This document shows, one piece after another, positions 37,077 through 49,192 of a stretch of 64,000 nucleotides of DNA. Each line of letters opens with the position of its first letter. Within the stretch, counting starts at the first letter, position 1. The notes below the pieces were generated by a model. That model had not been told where the DNA came from. It was given only the letters and a program-made list of their open reading frames with translations, and did no database searches. The translations under genes and the position numbers were made by a program. The stretch is from Balanoglossus misakiensis (Eukaryota > Animalia > Hemichordata): the NCBI GenBank assembly GCA_040954595.2, contig CM082577.2, forward strand, positions 16,003,903 to 16,067,902, read 5' to 3'.

Positions 37077-37217
37077 AAGGTGACTTTAGCCGACAACTAG
37101 AAACCGTCGCTGAAGTGGTGATCAGAAGAAACCAACGGACTCGACTGCACAGAACATTGCCAGGTATTGTAACACACACTGAGACGCTCTCCGCGCCAAA
37201 ATCGAAACAGCATCAGC

Positions 37218-40200
37218 ATGGCAGAATTAAGTGGTCTCCCAACACCACAGATGGACTGGAACTCTGACGACCCAGTCACTGCACTCACAAAGTTCAAAGA
37301 CTTGTGTGAGCTGTACTTTGATGGTCCATTAGCGAACCTAGATGACAAAAGAAAACTCAGATACCTGCTGATCTGGATTGGTCAAGACGGTCGTGACATA
37401 CAGAAATCATGGGGACTGAAAGGCGATTCCCTGAACGATCTCGCCAAACACTGGGAGATGTTTGAGGCATATGTGAAGCCACACAGCAATTTTCGAGTTG
37501 CCAGATTCAAATTGAGAAACCTGAAGCAAGAAACTAACGAAACTGTGGACAGCTTCATGAAACGAATCAGACTGATTTGTGCTGATTGCAATTACAAAGA
37601 GCCTAACGAACACATGTTAGATACACTCATTTATGGCATCAACTCACGTCAAGTACAATTGAAATTGCTTGAGAAAGGCGAAAAAACAACGCTACAAGAC
37701 GCCATACAAGTATGTCAGCGACACGAGGCCACATCTCGTCAACTGAATGACATCAATAGCGCTGAACCAGAGACAGTTCACGTTATACACAGATCACGTG
37801 GTGGAAAACCGAAAACCCACAGAATGACTAGCGCCAAAAAGCGTGACACGAGGTCACCGCCTAGGTCACCAACCCAACCCTGCCGGAATTGTGGTAAATA
37901 TCATAAACGGGAGGAAAGATGCCCTGCCCGTGGATCAACCTGCCGAAACTGCGGTAAGCAAAACCATTGGATAAAGATGTGCAGATCAACTCGCTCGAGA
38001 GTAGCACCGAGCACAGTGAAGTCAGAGCCGACTACTCGTGTTCACACAATGAAAGAGACTGACTCAGGAAGTCCAGTCAACGCTGAAGCAGCTACTGTTT
38101 ACTTTCACACGGTCCGTGAAGACCACAGCTGTCAAACCGTTACCCCTAGCAACCGTAGCGACAAGCAAGCCTTCGTCACGCTCAGCGCCAGATCCGATTA
38201 CAAAACAAAAGCCATCAGATGCAAGATAGACACTGGTGCAGAGGGTAATGTCATGCCCGCCTCAGTATACCGAACACTGATCCCCACAGAAAACGAATTG
38301 GTTGGATTACAGCCGTGTCAATCCAGACTGATTGCGTTCGGAGGTCACACCGTTGAGCTTTACGGTACGTGTTACCTCACACTCAAACACCGCGACAAGA
38401 CTACGCGTTGTTTATTTCACGTGAGCAAAGCCGAAGGACCGGTACTTCTCGGTTTGCCAACCTGCAACGCATTGCAGCTAGTGACATTTCACTATAACAT
38501 TGATGTGGTAGACGACAACACGGTGTCCGACACTGTGTCCAACGCGTCATCGCAACGCGGCAGACCAAAGGGCGATCCCATAGCGCGTGAGAAAGTGCTT
38601 GAACAATACGCGGATGTATTTCAAGGGATTGGCTGCTTTGAGGGCAAATATCACATCGAGACTGACCCGAACGTACCGCCCGTGGTACACCCCCCGCGAC
38701 GCGTTCCGTACGCTCTTCGCGACACGCTCAAAGAGGAGTTAGACTCGCTTGTAGAAAAAGGAATACTGAAACCGGTCACACAACCGACTGATTGGGTCAA
38801 CAGTTGCGTCTGTGTCACTAAGAAAAACGGCAGAATCCGCCTCTGCCTCGATCCGAAAGATTTAAAACACGGGATCAAACGTCCTCACTATCCTACCCCA
38901 ACGTTCGATGAGATAGTAAGCCGCCTGCACGGTGCAAAGTGGTTTAGCATTTTAGATGCTCGCTCCGGGTATTGGAACATACCGCTAGACGACGAGAGCG
39001 CCCTACTCACAATGTTCAACACACCGTTTGGTAGATACTGCTACCGCCGATTACCGATGGGCATAAAGTGCGCCCAAGATGTCTTTCAAGGACAGATGGA
39101 TAAGCTATATGGTGACATCCATGGCGTGTTCGGAATCTCAGATGACCTCATAATCGCAGGCTGGGACGCGGACGGCCATGATCACGATGTCGCGCTTCGC
39201 CGCGTACTACAACGCGCACGAGAGAAAAACGCACGCTTCAACGACGAGAAGCTAGTCGTACGATGCAAACGCATACCATTCTACGGTCACATCATCGGAG
39301 AAGATGGTATCTCGCCCGATCCCGCTAAGATATCAGCGATCAGGGAGATGGACCGCCCAGCTGATAAGAAAAGCTTACAGAGCTTTCTCGGTATGGTCAA
39401 CTACCTAAGCAGATTCACGCCCTGCTTAGCAGACCTAACGGCACCGTTACGCGACCTTTGTAAACAGGACTCGGAGTTCCTGTGGGGTCCAGAACACGAC
39501 CGTGCATTCACGCGAATCAAAGCAGAGATGTGCGCAACACGCAATCTTCCGTTTTACGATCCACACAAACCGCTTACGTTACAAGTAGACGCGTCCAGCC
39601 GAGGCCTAGGTGCATCGCTTATTCAAGACAAACGCCCGATCGCGTTCGCGAGTAAAGCACTGACGGACACAGAAATGCGCTACTCAAATATCGAGAGGGA
39701 AATGTTAGCCGTGATATATGGTCTAGAGCGTTTCCACGAGTACGTATTCGCCCGCTACGTCACAATCGAGACAGATCACCGGCCGCTGGTGAGCATCGTA
39801 AAGAAAAACATTGTGAATGTTACGCCGAGACTAGCACGAATGCTGCTACGCATGCAACCATACAACTACACGCTAGAGTACGTCACAGGGAAATGCGTCC
39901 CGCTAGCTGACGCGCTATCACGCGTTGATCCCAAAGCCGGAACAACAGTCGAAGGTCTCGACATTACAGTACATCAGATGAACCTGAGTGCTTCGCCCGC
40001 TCGACTCGATCAGTTCCGCGAAGAGACCGCCCGCGATGTTGAGCTAACCGCGCTTCGAAATATGATAATGAAAGGTTGGCCAGACACGCGCGCCGAGTGT
40101 CCAACTCACTTGCTTCCGTATTGGACATTCCGAGAAGAATTAGGTGTAGCAGATGGAGTCGTCATCAAGGGTAACAGAATCGTCGTACCCAAGTCATTAC

Positions 40201-41282
40201 ACAAAATGGCACTAGAGAAGATTCATCTCGCACACCAGGGCATAGAGAAATGCCGGCTACGCGCCAAATCCGCAGTCTATTGGGTAGGCATGAACAATGA
40301 CATTGAACAAATGGTACGCAAATGCCCAACGTGCCAAAAGCACCAAAACTCGCTGCCCAAAGAACCGCTGCACTCATACGACGTGCCACCCGGACCATTG
40401 CACACGCTATCAACCGACTTGTTCTACTGGGAACAATCAACATACCTATTGGTAGCCGACCAGTATTCCAAATTCCCACTGGTACGCAAACTGAGCAACC
40501 TCAGTTCGAGATCGATCATCAACCACATGAAAGTGATGTTCGACGAGCATGGAATATGCCATCGCTTGATTTCTGACAACGGACCGCAATTTGATTGAAA
40601 GGAATTCAAAGAATTCGCGAGAAACTACGGATTTGAACACATCACGAGTTCACCTCACTTCCCGTCCAGCAATGGCTTCATCGAGAAGCAGGTCGATACG
40701 GTGAAAGATCTTTTTACGAAAGCCCGCGAGACAGGCACAGATCCGCATTTAGCTATGCTTTGTCTGCGCACAACGCCGATTGATCACAACTTGCCGTCGC
40801 CCTGCGAGATGCTGAATTCACGCATGTACAAGTCAAACCTACCGGGCAGGATGCCACACAATGCAAGCCGCCATAGCGAAGCATTACAACGCCGTCAAGA
40901 CGTGTCAACAAAACGCTTTGAGAGCAACCGTCCCCTGTCTGAGCTGAAGCCACACCAATCCGTCCGTGTGCAACACCCCGTCAACAAGACATGGGAACCA
41001 GGCAAAATCATCACGCGCACCGCCGAACCGCGATCTTATACAGTAGAGACATCGCGAGGTGTGTACAGGCGTAACCGACGCCACATCAGGCCTACTGCAG
41101 AGATCTTCCGTGATGAAGACCTACGTACGCGCCGTCACGACAACGACATCGATATAGATGTACCGGGACCAGCCAGCACTGCAAACTCCACACCCACGAA
41201 GGAAAACAACACCGCTGCCGCAGCACCCGCGTTACGTCGTTCACAGCGTACGATTAGGAAACCAGAGCGCCTAGACTTGTGA
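37218..41282 (+). pseudogene. gag-pol polyprotein with one in-frame TGA (40596-40598) in the integrase
   Basis: Zinc knuckles CRNCGK; protease KIDTGA; RT ISDD; RNase H VDAS...ETDHRPL; integrase H..H..CPTC, SDNGPQF*...SNGFIE. The 40701 ORF is in the same frame. Confidence 0.93.
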
Positions 41283-41396
41283 ACTCTTATGAGCTCAACC
41301 AGTGACACTTAAGTTTCGAGTTCATTCATTGAAAGACATTGTTATTGACATTCACAAGTTCAGATTTTGCCAAACTGTGTTCTATCACTTTTTCTT

Positions 41397-41407
41397 ACAA
41401 AGGGGGA
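41397..41407 (+). promoter_or_regulatory. Polypurine tract
   Basis: ACAAAGGGGGA directly before the 3' LTR. Confidence 0.85.
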
Positions 41408-41644
41408 TGTTGTGTTATCACCCTGTGTTAGCTATCCTTGCTATAGCGCCCTCGCTCGCGCCCTGATTTCCAGTGCATGTAACCCTGCTGTTACTTCGCT
41501 CTCTTGCTGTTTCATGGCGGACTGTTAGGCACAGTCGCGCACATCTACCCTGAATAAATGTTGTGTTAAGTTACTTGCAATAGTCAGTCCTGGTCATCGA
41601 TCCACCCCACGGTCTCCGAAAGAATAATAGTCAATAACATAACA
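41408..41644 (+). repeat. 3' LTR (237 bp)
   Basis: Matches 36829..37065 and is followed by TSD CCCGG. Confidence 0.95.
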
Positions 41645-41649
41645 CCCGG

Positions 41650-43750
41650 AGTGCCTTCAGCAGCTGTTGGGAGAGGCAAACGGACGGTGGTGCAATCCGA
41701 AATTCCACTAGTTGCTTCAGATCATGATATGAACACCAAATGCAAGATCACCCCTTCAACAATCATTGTCAATGACATCCCTCATTCGGTTGATGAATCA
41801 TTCTACAGGGGCCAAGTTGTTGAAATACTCAAAGACTCCATATTTGAGCCATCATCTCCACTTAGACATGCGGCTGAAATGAGGAAGGCAGTATCAACAG
41901 AGGGAAAACTTCACCTTCCCATAAGAGCAATATATTCAGATGGGGGATCAGATCACAGAGTGTCTTACCCATCAGTTCAGGTATCACTGATTGGCCTATT
42001 TCTCTTGGATGATCTGGATTTCCTTGTTGCTGCTAGATGTGCACCTTATCAGTCCTACACAAACCCCCCAGAGCGATGGCATGCTGTTATGAACTTAGCA
42101 TTGCAGTCTGTTGCCATACAGCGCACTGCTATGAAAAAGCTCTATCTTCAGCAGTTACAATGAAGCAAATACGGATTCTTGGTGACAAGAGACCACAACT
42201 GAAAGATGCACTCATGGCCAGTACAAATAGTGTCACACTTGCATTGAATGAGCTACTGGGCCGACTGAAGTTGAAGGGGATACCATGCAAAGTTGGCCAG
42301 CCAGCAAATGAAACCCTAATAGATGAGGTGTGGCAAGCTGTTCTGAGACTTGATGATAGTATTCAACTTGACCAGCTGACAACCAAAGACATACAGTCTA
42401 AACCGGCTTTGATGAAGTTCATGGAGCACTGTACAACAAGCAGGAAGTATGTCTTCATGATAAAGAAGTGTGGAAAGGATGACTGCGATATCTGCAAACC
42501 ACCTCGTCAACCAAAGGATGTGTTTCAACTACTTTGCCCTATCCCAGGTAATTAATTTATCTCAGTAGAGAAAAGTTTTTTTATAGTCAAGGCAGAGCAC
42601 AATAATCTTTGTTGCTGTTTGGTTTCTGTTCTGTAAATCCAGTCATATGTTTTTTGTTAGATGTTTTCCTGGACAGTTTTAAATATATTCATAAAGTGTG
42701 AAAACAGTTATATTTGTCGTATTTTGTTTTCAAATATTTGATATTTAAAAGTCCTTTGTGATTTTCAGATCCAGTTCCAACAGATGATGGTGAACATTAC
42801 AGATCATTCAGCGAACTATATGGTACTGAGACCAGTGAGAAGTACTGTCCATCGCTTGCCAATGGTAGAAAACAAACTCTGCCAACAGAAAGAGAAGTTG
42901 GATTCAGGTTATCCGGCGAAACAGTTCGACATAAAGTAGACTGTTGCGAGTGTCAGAAACCAAGGTTTGTTGAAAGAATAAAATATTCATTTTCTGTGCT
43001 GGTCCTGTCACATCCCTGCGTTACACTCTATATACATGTACAGTGTTGAAATTTTTGCATCACTCTAACCAAACTGATGCATTTTCGAATACTTTCTCCT
43101 TTTTTATCAGACTGATCTACTCTAGAAAGAAGCTGACCAGTGATGATATAGTCCAGTTGGAAATCTTCATGGATAACTGTGATTATTCCTGTGGCAGCAA
43201 TCTTATTCCTCCTGATCATCCATTCAAAGAGGTACTTGCTGGAGAAAGGGAGCATTGAGGGGGTGTAAGCAAAAGCAAATTCTACGGTGGTAGTTGTAGA
43301 TCAGTAAAAAATAGGTGGTGGCACTAAAGTTGAATGAATTTATAACATTGGTGTTTCTTGCAGTACAATCCTATTTTGAGATTGAAAATTATCATCTCAC
43401 GGAGTGGCATATGAATCATACATTGTAGTGAAATGTTATCACTATACTCATGACCATGTTTTTATTTTGTTTGCATAATTTTCAAAAACATTTATTCACA
43501 GAAATGTTTCATCGTAAACAACCAAACTTGCCAGATGGAAGTTTCTCCGCATTACTATAGTGCCAGATTGAAATATCCTGATGTTTGTTATGTTTGTGGA
43601 ACGGGAAATTATCTCATCCCTATTACACCCGACATGAGGGAGCAGTACCAGTCTGTCCAGCCAGTCTGCAGAGCTTGCAAAGATGGTGGCCATGTAGAAC
43701 GCACAAGAAAGAAATCTAAAACTAGCAAAAGAAAAGCAAATGTCGAATAA
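41650..43750 (+). pseudogene. Zator transposase, 3' part (frameshift near 42130; predicted exons 41650-42547, 42769-42964, 43111-43231, 43502-43750)
   Basis: Resumes in frame VPSAAVGR...ASDHD...SDGGSDHR...APYQSYTNPPER. Three GT-AG introns join in frame into a Cys-rich C-terminus (CCECQKPR, CYVCG, CRAC). Confidence 0.8.
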
Positions 43751-44133
43751 AAAAGCTACAAATGACAGTGTATTTTGCTCATGTATTGTAGTAGTGTGTC
43801 ACACAACAACATATTGCACGAGAAAAACTGAAATAACGGCAAACTAATTTTGTGTAATTTTTTGTGTGTGTGTTTTTTGACCGCTTACCCTCGTACCTTT
43901 TAGAATTTTGAGTGGACGCAAAACAAAGAATTTACTTACTTTGGCCTTAATAGTTTGAAAATGAAATAATGCAAATAAAATATTATTACAGCAGATGTGT
44001 CACTTTTGTGGAATTATTATTTGGAATGCCCTTGAATCCCCTAACTCAGAGTATATGAGGATGAATGAACAACACAATGTGTTCACATAATATAAATACT
44101 ACAAATACTTATTATTAATACTAATATGTATTA

Positions 44134-44218
44134 CCTACTACTACTACTACTACTACTACTAATAATAATAATAGCAACAACAAAAACAACAACAATAATA
44201 ATAATAATAATAATAATC
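44134..44218. repeat. Compound trinucleotide microsatellite (CTA)n(AAT)n(CAA)n(AAT)n
   Basis: Directly visible. Confidence 0.95.
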
Positions 44219-44295
44219 TAAATGCTTTTAAATGAGTGAGCTGGATTCGGTCGAGTCTTTCAAGCACATGTTCAAAGCAAAGTGAAAGGGAAAAG

Positions 44296-44646
44296 ATGGA
44301 GGCGAGATGTGTGAATTGTGCGGACATTTTTGAAACCAAGTCAAGGGGATTCAAAAGACATTCTCTTGGAAAAAATATTTCAAGTTCTGAGAGTGTTGGT
44401 GATGCCCTAGAGCACCTTTTCTCCCCATTGACACCTCTTGGGAAAGGCAGGGCAGGAGTACCGAAATTCCTGTGTAAGGTTTGTTTCTTGCTGCTACAAA
44501 AAGCTAGAAACAAGCTGAAAGAGAGTGGGGCAGCAGAAACACAATTCCAAATTCGGAATAAAGAAGGCACATATTTATATGCAAAGAGAAAAAGAAAGAC
44601 ACCAACCCGAACACCAAGATCAGTGAAGAAAAAAAAAATCAGATGA
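44296..44646 (+). CDS. Small ORF or exon with a ZAD-like CxxC...CxxC zinc module and basic tail
   Basis: RCVNC...FLCKVC spacing, followed by KRKRK...KKKK. Likely the N-terminus of a TE-borne gene. Confidence 0.4.
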   Translation: MEARCVNCADIFETKSRGFKRHSLGKNISSSESVGDALEHLFSPLTPLGKGRAGVPKFLCKVCFLLLQKARNKLKESGAAETQFQIRNKEGTYLYAKRKRKTPTRTPRSVKKKKIR

Positions 44647-45635
44647 GTCACATACAGAAGTACGGAATCCTAAGGTCAGTACAGAAGCAATTTTATCTTA
44701 AATACATGTACTATGAAGTAAGTTTGTCAGTGGTTATATCATTCTAAATATATTATAAGATTATGATAAATTTGCATAAAAAATTATATGATGTTAATAT
44801 TTAATAAAGGCAGAGAGGCTCATGTGTCTCTTCATAATGTGTCTATAAATTTCATAAATGCATGCAAGTTATTAAATGTCTTTGTGTATTTTGTATCACA
44901 TACATCTATCATGGATTGACATTTGTAGTTATACCTAAGTTAGAAATATTATTCACTATATTTCAAGTTCCTGCTATATTGTCTTTTGTACAGAACACAT
45001 CATTTGTTAGCACACTGGTAAAAGCCATTCAGCGATATGATTACAAGACAGCTTAAAACTTCATGTACAAAAGAAGTGCACGGGCCCGGAGGTTGATTTG
45101 GAACCTAGTCTGTAAGAAGGTTTGTTATAAATTACTAGAATTATAAGTGTGTGTGCAGATAGACCATGAGCCAGTATAGGTTTACCTCCCCCCCTGGGGG
45201 AATTTTTAAGACAATGTTTTTCTGAAAGCCTATCATATGCTGAGTAAAATTAACTTTGTTTGCCATCTGGGCACCGGGGCGTTTTCGAGTTATTGGCTTC
45301 TAAATTATATTGGGTAACGTATGTAGGAAAGCCTAAAAGTGCATATAAATTGACGTAGGGGGGTAAATTAGTCTTGTAAAATACCGTCTCTCTGAATGTA
45401 TACCTAGAACAACAGGGAAGTATTTGGTATCAAAAGAAAGCTTAATAAACAAGCTTTCCATTAATTACAAAATAAAAGTGATATGACAAATCATGACATC
45501 ATAGTGATGTCATAAGTCAAAATACCCTAACGAAAATGGTGTTCTGTTCACCTATAAATGTGAGGTTTTGCAAAACATATCTCTGTGTATGAAAGCCCGT
45601 TCATGTCATTTTGTGAAGCAAGAAATAAGAATTTA

Positions 45636-45856
45636 TCTCGTTATCTCGAGATACTAATTCGAGATAACGAGATACTAAGTCGAGATCTCGAGATACTAAG
45701 TCGAGATAACGAGATACTAAGTCGAGATCTCGAGATACTAAGTCGAAATAACGAGATATTAAGTCGAGATAACGAGATACTATAAGTCGAGATCTCGAGA
45801 TACTAAGTTGAGATAACGAGAAACTAAGTCGAGATCTCAAGATACTAAGTCGAGAT
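45636..45856. repeat. 21-bp minisatellite CGAGATACTAAGTCGAGAT(AA/CT), left part
   Basis: About 10 units of two alternating variants; resumes at 51501. Confidence 0.95.
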
Positions 45857-46157
45857 AAATAACAATCTGTGATATCACAGATTGGGTTTGTAAATGTATG
45901 AAGCCTTCCCCTTATGGCTCCCCTGCCTTCCCTATCTCTTCTTCCTTTGTCTTTCCTTCCCCCTTCTTTTGCACTCGTCACCTGGCGTCCCCCCTCTACT
46001 CATTTGCATATCCTTTGTCTTATCCTCTAATTGCTCTCTCAATCTCCTCAGTTAGCGTCTTTGTCCGCGTCAGTGCGACAACCCAGCTATTCTCTCTGTG
46101 CATTTTTTCTTTGTCTCGTTTACCTCAACTTTATTCAACCCTTCAACGCAACGCATT

Positions 46158-47576
46158 ATGCCAGCCCGCCGTAAAAGACCATCGATTGGAGGCCGAGCTA
46201 CCGTCCAGGCCCCCAGGGGTCGAGGTCGAGGAACCAGAGTGGCCCCTTACGAGCGGCCGGTGACCCGTTCCCGCACTGATCCAGGAAGTTTTGCGACGCA
46301 GGACGCGGTGAGTCCCGGCCATCACACCAGCCCAATTTTAGCGACCGGTGGGGACCAGCTGGTGCGTCAGCCTTATGAGGTCCCTGACGAAATGGGTCAA
46401 GCGGGGTCGTCAAGATCGGTAACGGATCCGGACGCTCTGGCGGTCCAGCAGAGGAGCGCCAGCCGAGGACGCACAGCTGCAGTGACCCTACCCGACCAAC
46501 CTTTTGTTGCCGCACCAACCTCAAACACGGGGCCGGGGTCAGTGTCGGCGGAGTCGTTTGCCGAACTTCAAACAGCAGTTGTAAACCTCACAAGAATCGT
46601 TCAGCAGCACCTCCTGCCACCAGGACCAAACCAACAGAATCAGACGGTCGCTCAAAATCAACACGTCGCTACCCACGCCGTCGGGGCCCGAGCAGCGAAC
46701 GCAGAAGTTCAGGGTCACGACCAACCCACGCCGGATACGGGCGATTCCATTATGGACGGGGGGTTCAACCAGCTTCTTTCAACGCGCGGTACATCGTCCG
46801 AGCAACTGCCACAGATTGAACTGGTCTCTCCTTCAATCCGGCGGGACATCTTGGCAGGTAAGGATGTCAACCTTGCATGCCTATTGATACCCGGTTATAA
46901 AAAATCGGAAGGGCAGCGCCACGTAATCTTGGGCGACGAAGCGTTCACGTTGACAACTCCCCAAGATTCCAGGTTGTCCCGAGCCCTGTCCATCCAGGAA
47001 TTTATACGGGCATTCGCCGTTTACAAAAATGTCATGTGCTCCGTCTAAAATAATCGGCGTGTAGAACTCGATGCCTACGAAAGGGACATCGTGGATATGT
47101 CCACGCGTTTCAGCGGCCTAGTATACTATGAGTACTATCGGGCATTTTCGGCTAGGGCCGCAGCTCTCCTTCTGAACCACAACATCAAAGTGGACTGGTC
47201 CCGTCGCGATACAACGTTGTATTGTTCAATCTTCGCCGGGATGCGTGCCAACACGTGTAATGTGTGTCAATCGGTGGCCCACACAACGGAGGTATGCCCA
47301 CAGTTAGCCTTTCCAGCCAAGAAAGCCCATCCAGGCATCGCAGCCGGTTCCGGTATAACTTCGCAGTCTACGTCCACGATTGACAGAAATGGCCGCAAAC
47401 GGCTGTTTTTCCAAGGCAAAGAAATTTGCAATAATTTCAATTCAGCTAATAACTGCAAGAGGATCAATTGTCCCTACGCGCACGTTTGTACAGCTTGCTT
47501 CTCCAGCGACCACAATTCAGTAACGGGAAAGTGTATCGCGACCATGGTTACCTCCCAACGCCCGTCAAGGAACTGA
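46158..47576 (+). pseudogene. Ngaro gag-like ORF1 with one in-frame TAA (47046-48)
   Basis: GKDVNLACLL, LSIQEFIRAF, YEYYRAF, and a C-terminal Cys/His cluster ICNNFN...C...CPYAHVCTAC...H. The two listed ORFs are in the same frame. Confidence 0.85.
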
Positions 47577-47615
47577 CTACACTCTGCTGTTTCCACACCG
47601 GTTCACATCGATAAT

Positions 47616-49184
47616 TTGGAGTTCGAACTTAGAAACCATCCTGAACGTGCATTTGTTGAATATCTGCTTAGCGGCCTACGCCACGGCTTCGACACCGGGG
47701 TGAGGGATCCTCCGTCCTCTACGTTTGTTTGTCCGAATCTACTATCAGCCCGCAACGAACCCGATGCAGTTACGGACTTGATCAACACTGAGGTGAAGAA
47801 GGGGTTTTTGATCGGCCCCTTCGACGAACCACCGTTCCCATCGTATCGCTGCAGTCCTATCGGCATTGTCGAAAAGAAATACTCTTCGAAAAAACGCTTA
47901 ATCGTGGACTTGTCTTCGCCTCGTGACTTAGCTGATACCCCCAGCATTAACGACCTCATTGATGAAGACGAGTTCTCGTTAACCTACGTGAAAGTTGACG
48001 ATGCCATAGCCGCAATTCAAAGGGTTGGGGCTGGAGCCTGGCTGTGTAAAACAGATATTGTCGATGCCTTCAAGCTCATACCTATTCACGAGTCTCTTTG
48101 GCACCTCTACGGGATTAAATGGGATGGCAGTTACTATTTCTTCGTCCGCCTGCCCTTTGGGTCACGCTCGAGCCCAAAGATCTTCGATTGTCTGTCGTCT
48201 GCCGTCTGCTGGATCGCGCACCACAATTATGGCATCGACACAATTTTCCATTTGCTGGATGATTTCCTGACAGTCGATGCTCCATCTTTCGACGCGGACC
48301 GCACGATGGCCATCCTCACCCTGATCTTTCAGCGCTTAAGAATCCCTATTGCTCCGCACAAAACCGTCGGCCCAGCCACCTCGCTCGAATACCTGGGAAT
48401 AGTGTTAGACACCATCAAGATGCAAGCAAGATTGCCTCTTGACAAACTCAACCGCATGCGCGACTTACTAGACTCTTTCCTCAAGCGGAAATCGTGCACG
48501 AAACGACAGCTACTAAGTCTATTAGGTCACCTGAACTTTGCATGCAGAGTTGTCACTCCCGGTCGTACCTTCATTTCACGGCTAATAGAACTGTCTAAGT
48601 CCGCTAAACATCTGAACCACTTCATCACCATTTCGGCAGAAAGCAAACGCGATTTACGAATGTGGCACTACCTCCTCTCTGAGTGGAACGGGATTTCCTT
48701 ATTCCTGGAAACGACTATCACCCCAGCAGACAGCATGCAGCTCTTCACCGACGCGAGCGGTATTGGCCACGGCGGTTACTTCCACGGGCAATGGTTTCAG
48801 GAACGTTGGCAACACGGCTTGGACCCCCATGACGACCCAACGTTGTCAATTGCCTTTCGCGAACTATATCCCATAGTCGTGGCCTGTCTATTGTGGGGTT
48901 ATAACTGGCGCCGTAAGCGCATCGTGTTCCATTGCGACAACATGGCCACGGTCCACATTATCAACAAAGGCCGTTCAAAGTCGGTCGCCATAATGAAACT
49001 CATGCGGAGACTCGTTATCACAGCAGCAACCAATAACTTCATGTTCCAGGCAGAGCATATCCCTGGTAAGCTGAATGTAATTGCTGACTCTTTATCTCGC
49101 TTTCAGAACCAACGGTTTCGTCAGGAAGCCCCACACGCGTCTGCCACACCCTGCCAAATACCCTCCAACATAATGTTCGACTGA
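47616..49184 (+). CDS. DIRS/Ngaro reverse transcriptase-RNase H
   Basis: KTDIVDAFK, LPFGSRSSP, LLDDF, FTDAS, CDN, HIPGKLNVIADSLSR. The true start is uncertain. Confidence 0.93.
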   Translation: MEFELRNHPERAFVEYLLSGLRHGFDTGVRDPPSSTFVCPNLLSARNEPDAVTDLINTEVKKGFLIGPFDEPPFPSYRCSPIGIVEKKYSSKKRLIVDLSSPRDLADTPSINDLIDEDEFSLTYVKVDDAIAAIQRVGAGAWLCKTDIVDAFKLIPIHESLWHLYGIKWDGSYYFFVRLPFGSRSSPKIFDCLSSAVCWIAHHNYGIDTIFHLLDDFLTVDAPSFDADRTMAILTLIFQRLRIPIAPHKTVGPATSLEYLGIVLDTIKMQARLPLDKLNRMRDLLDSFLKRKSCTKRQLLSLLGHLNFACRVVTPGRTFISRLIELSKSAKHLNHFITISAESKRDLRMWHYLLSEWNGISLFLETTITPADSMQLFTDASGIGHGGYFHGQWFQERWQHGLDPHDDPTLSIAFRELYPIVVACLLWGYNWRRKRIVFHCDNMATVHIINKGRSKSVAIMKLMRRLVITAATNNFMFQAEHIPGKLNVIADSLSRFQNQRFRQEAPHASATPCQIPSNIMFD

Positions 49185-49192
49185 ACGAAGCT

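Larger units (their letters stand above)
36829..41644 (+). mobile_element. Full-length Ty3/Gypsy LTR retrotransposon, Steamer-like
   Basis: TG...CA LTRs, 5-bp TSD CCCGG (36824-28 and 41645-49), tRNA-Leu-type PBS, PPT, single gag-pol frame with PR-RT-RH-IN order. Confidence 0.95.
34690..43946 (+). mobile_element. Zator DNA transposon, full length, interrupted by an LTR element
   Basis: 33-bp TIRs GGCCAAAGTAAGTAAATTC(G/T)TTGTTTTGCGTCC (1 mismatch) with GG termini; 3-bp TSD TTA (34687-89 and 43947-49); Zator-type transposase motifs inside. Confidence 0.9.

Noticed and set aside
40596-40598. Programmed stop read-through in the Steamer-like integrase
   Set aside because: It lies inside the catalytic core rather than at a gag/pol boundary; a point mutation is simpler.
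44121-44651. Minus-strand ORF with a poly-Leu/Val 'membrane' tail
   Set aside because: Translation of a trinucleotide microsatellite.
45585-45981. Repetitive ORFs (EILSRDN / LSISRSR), and the minisatellite as a CRISPR array
   Set aside because: A 21-bp tandem repeat without spacers; open frames are expected because the unit length is divisible by 3.
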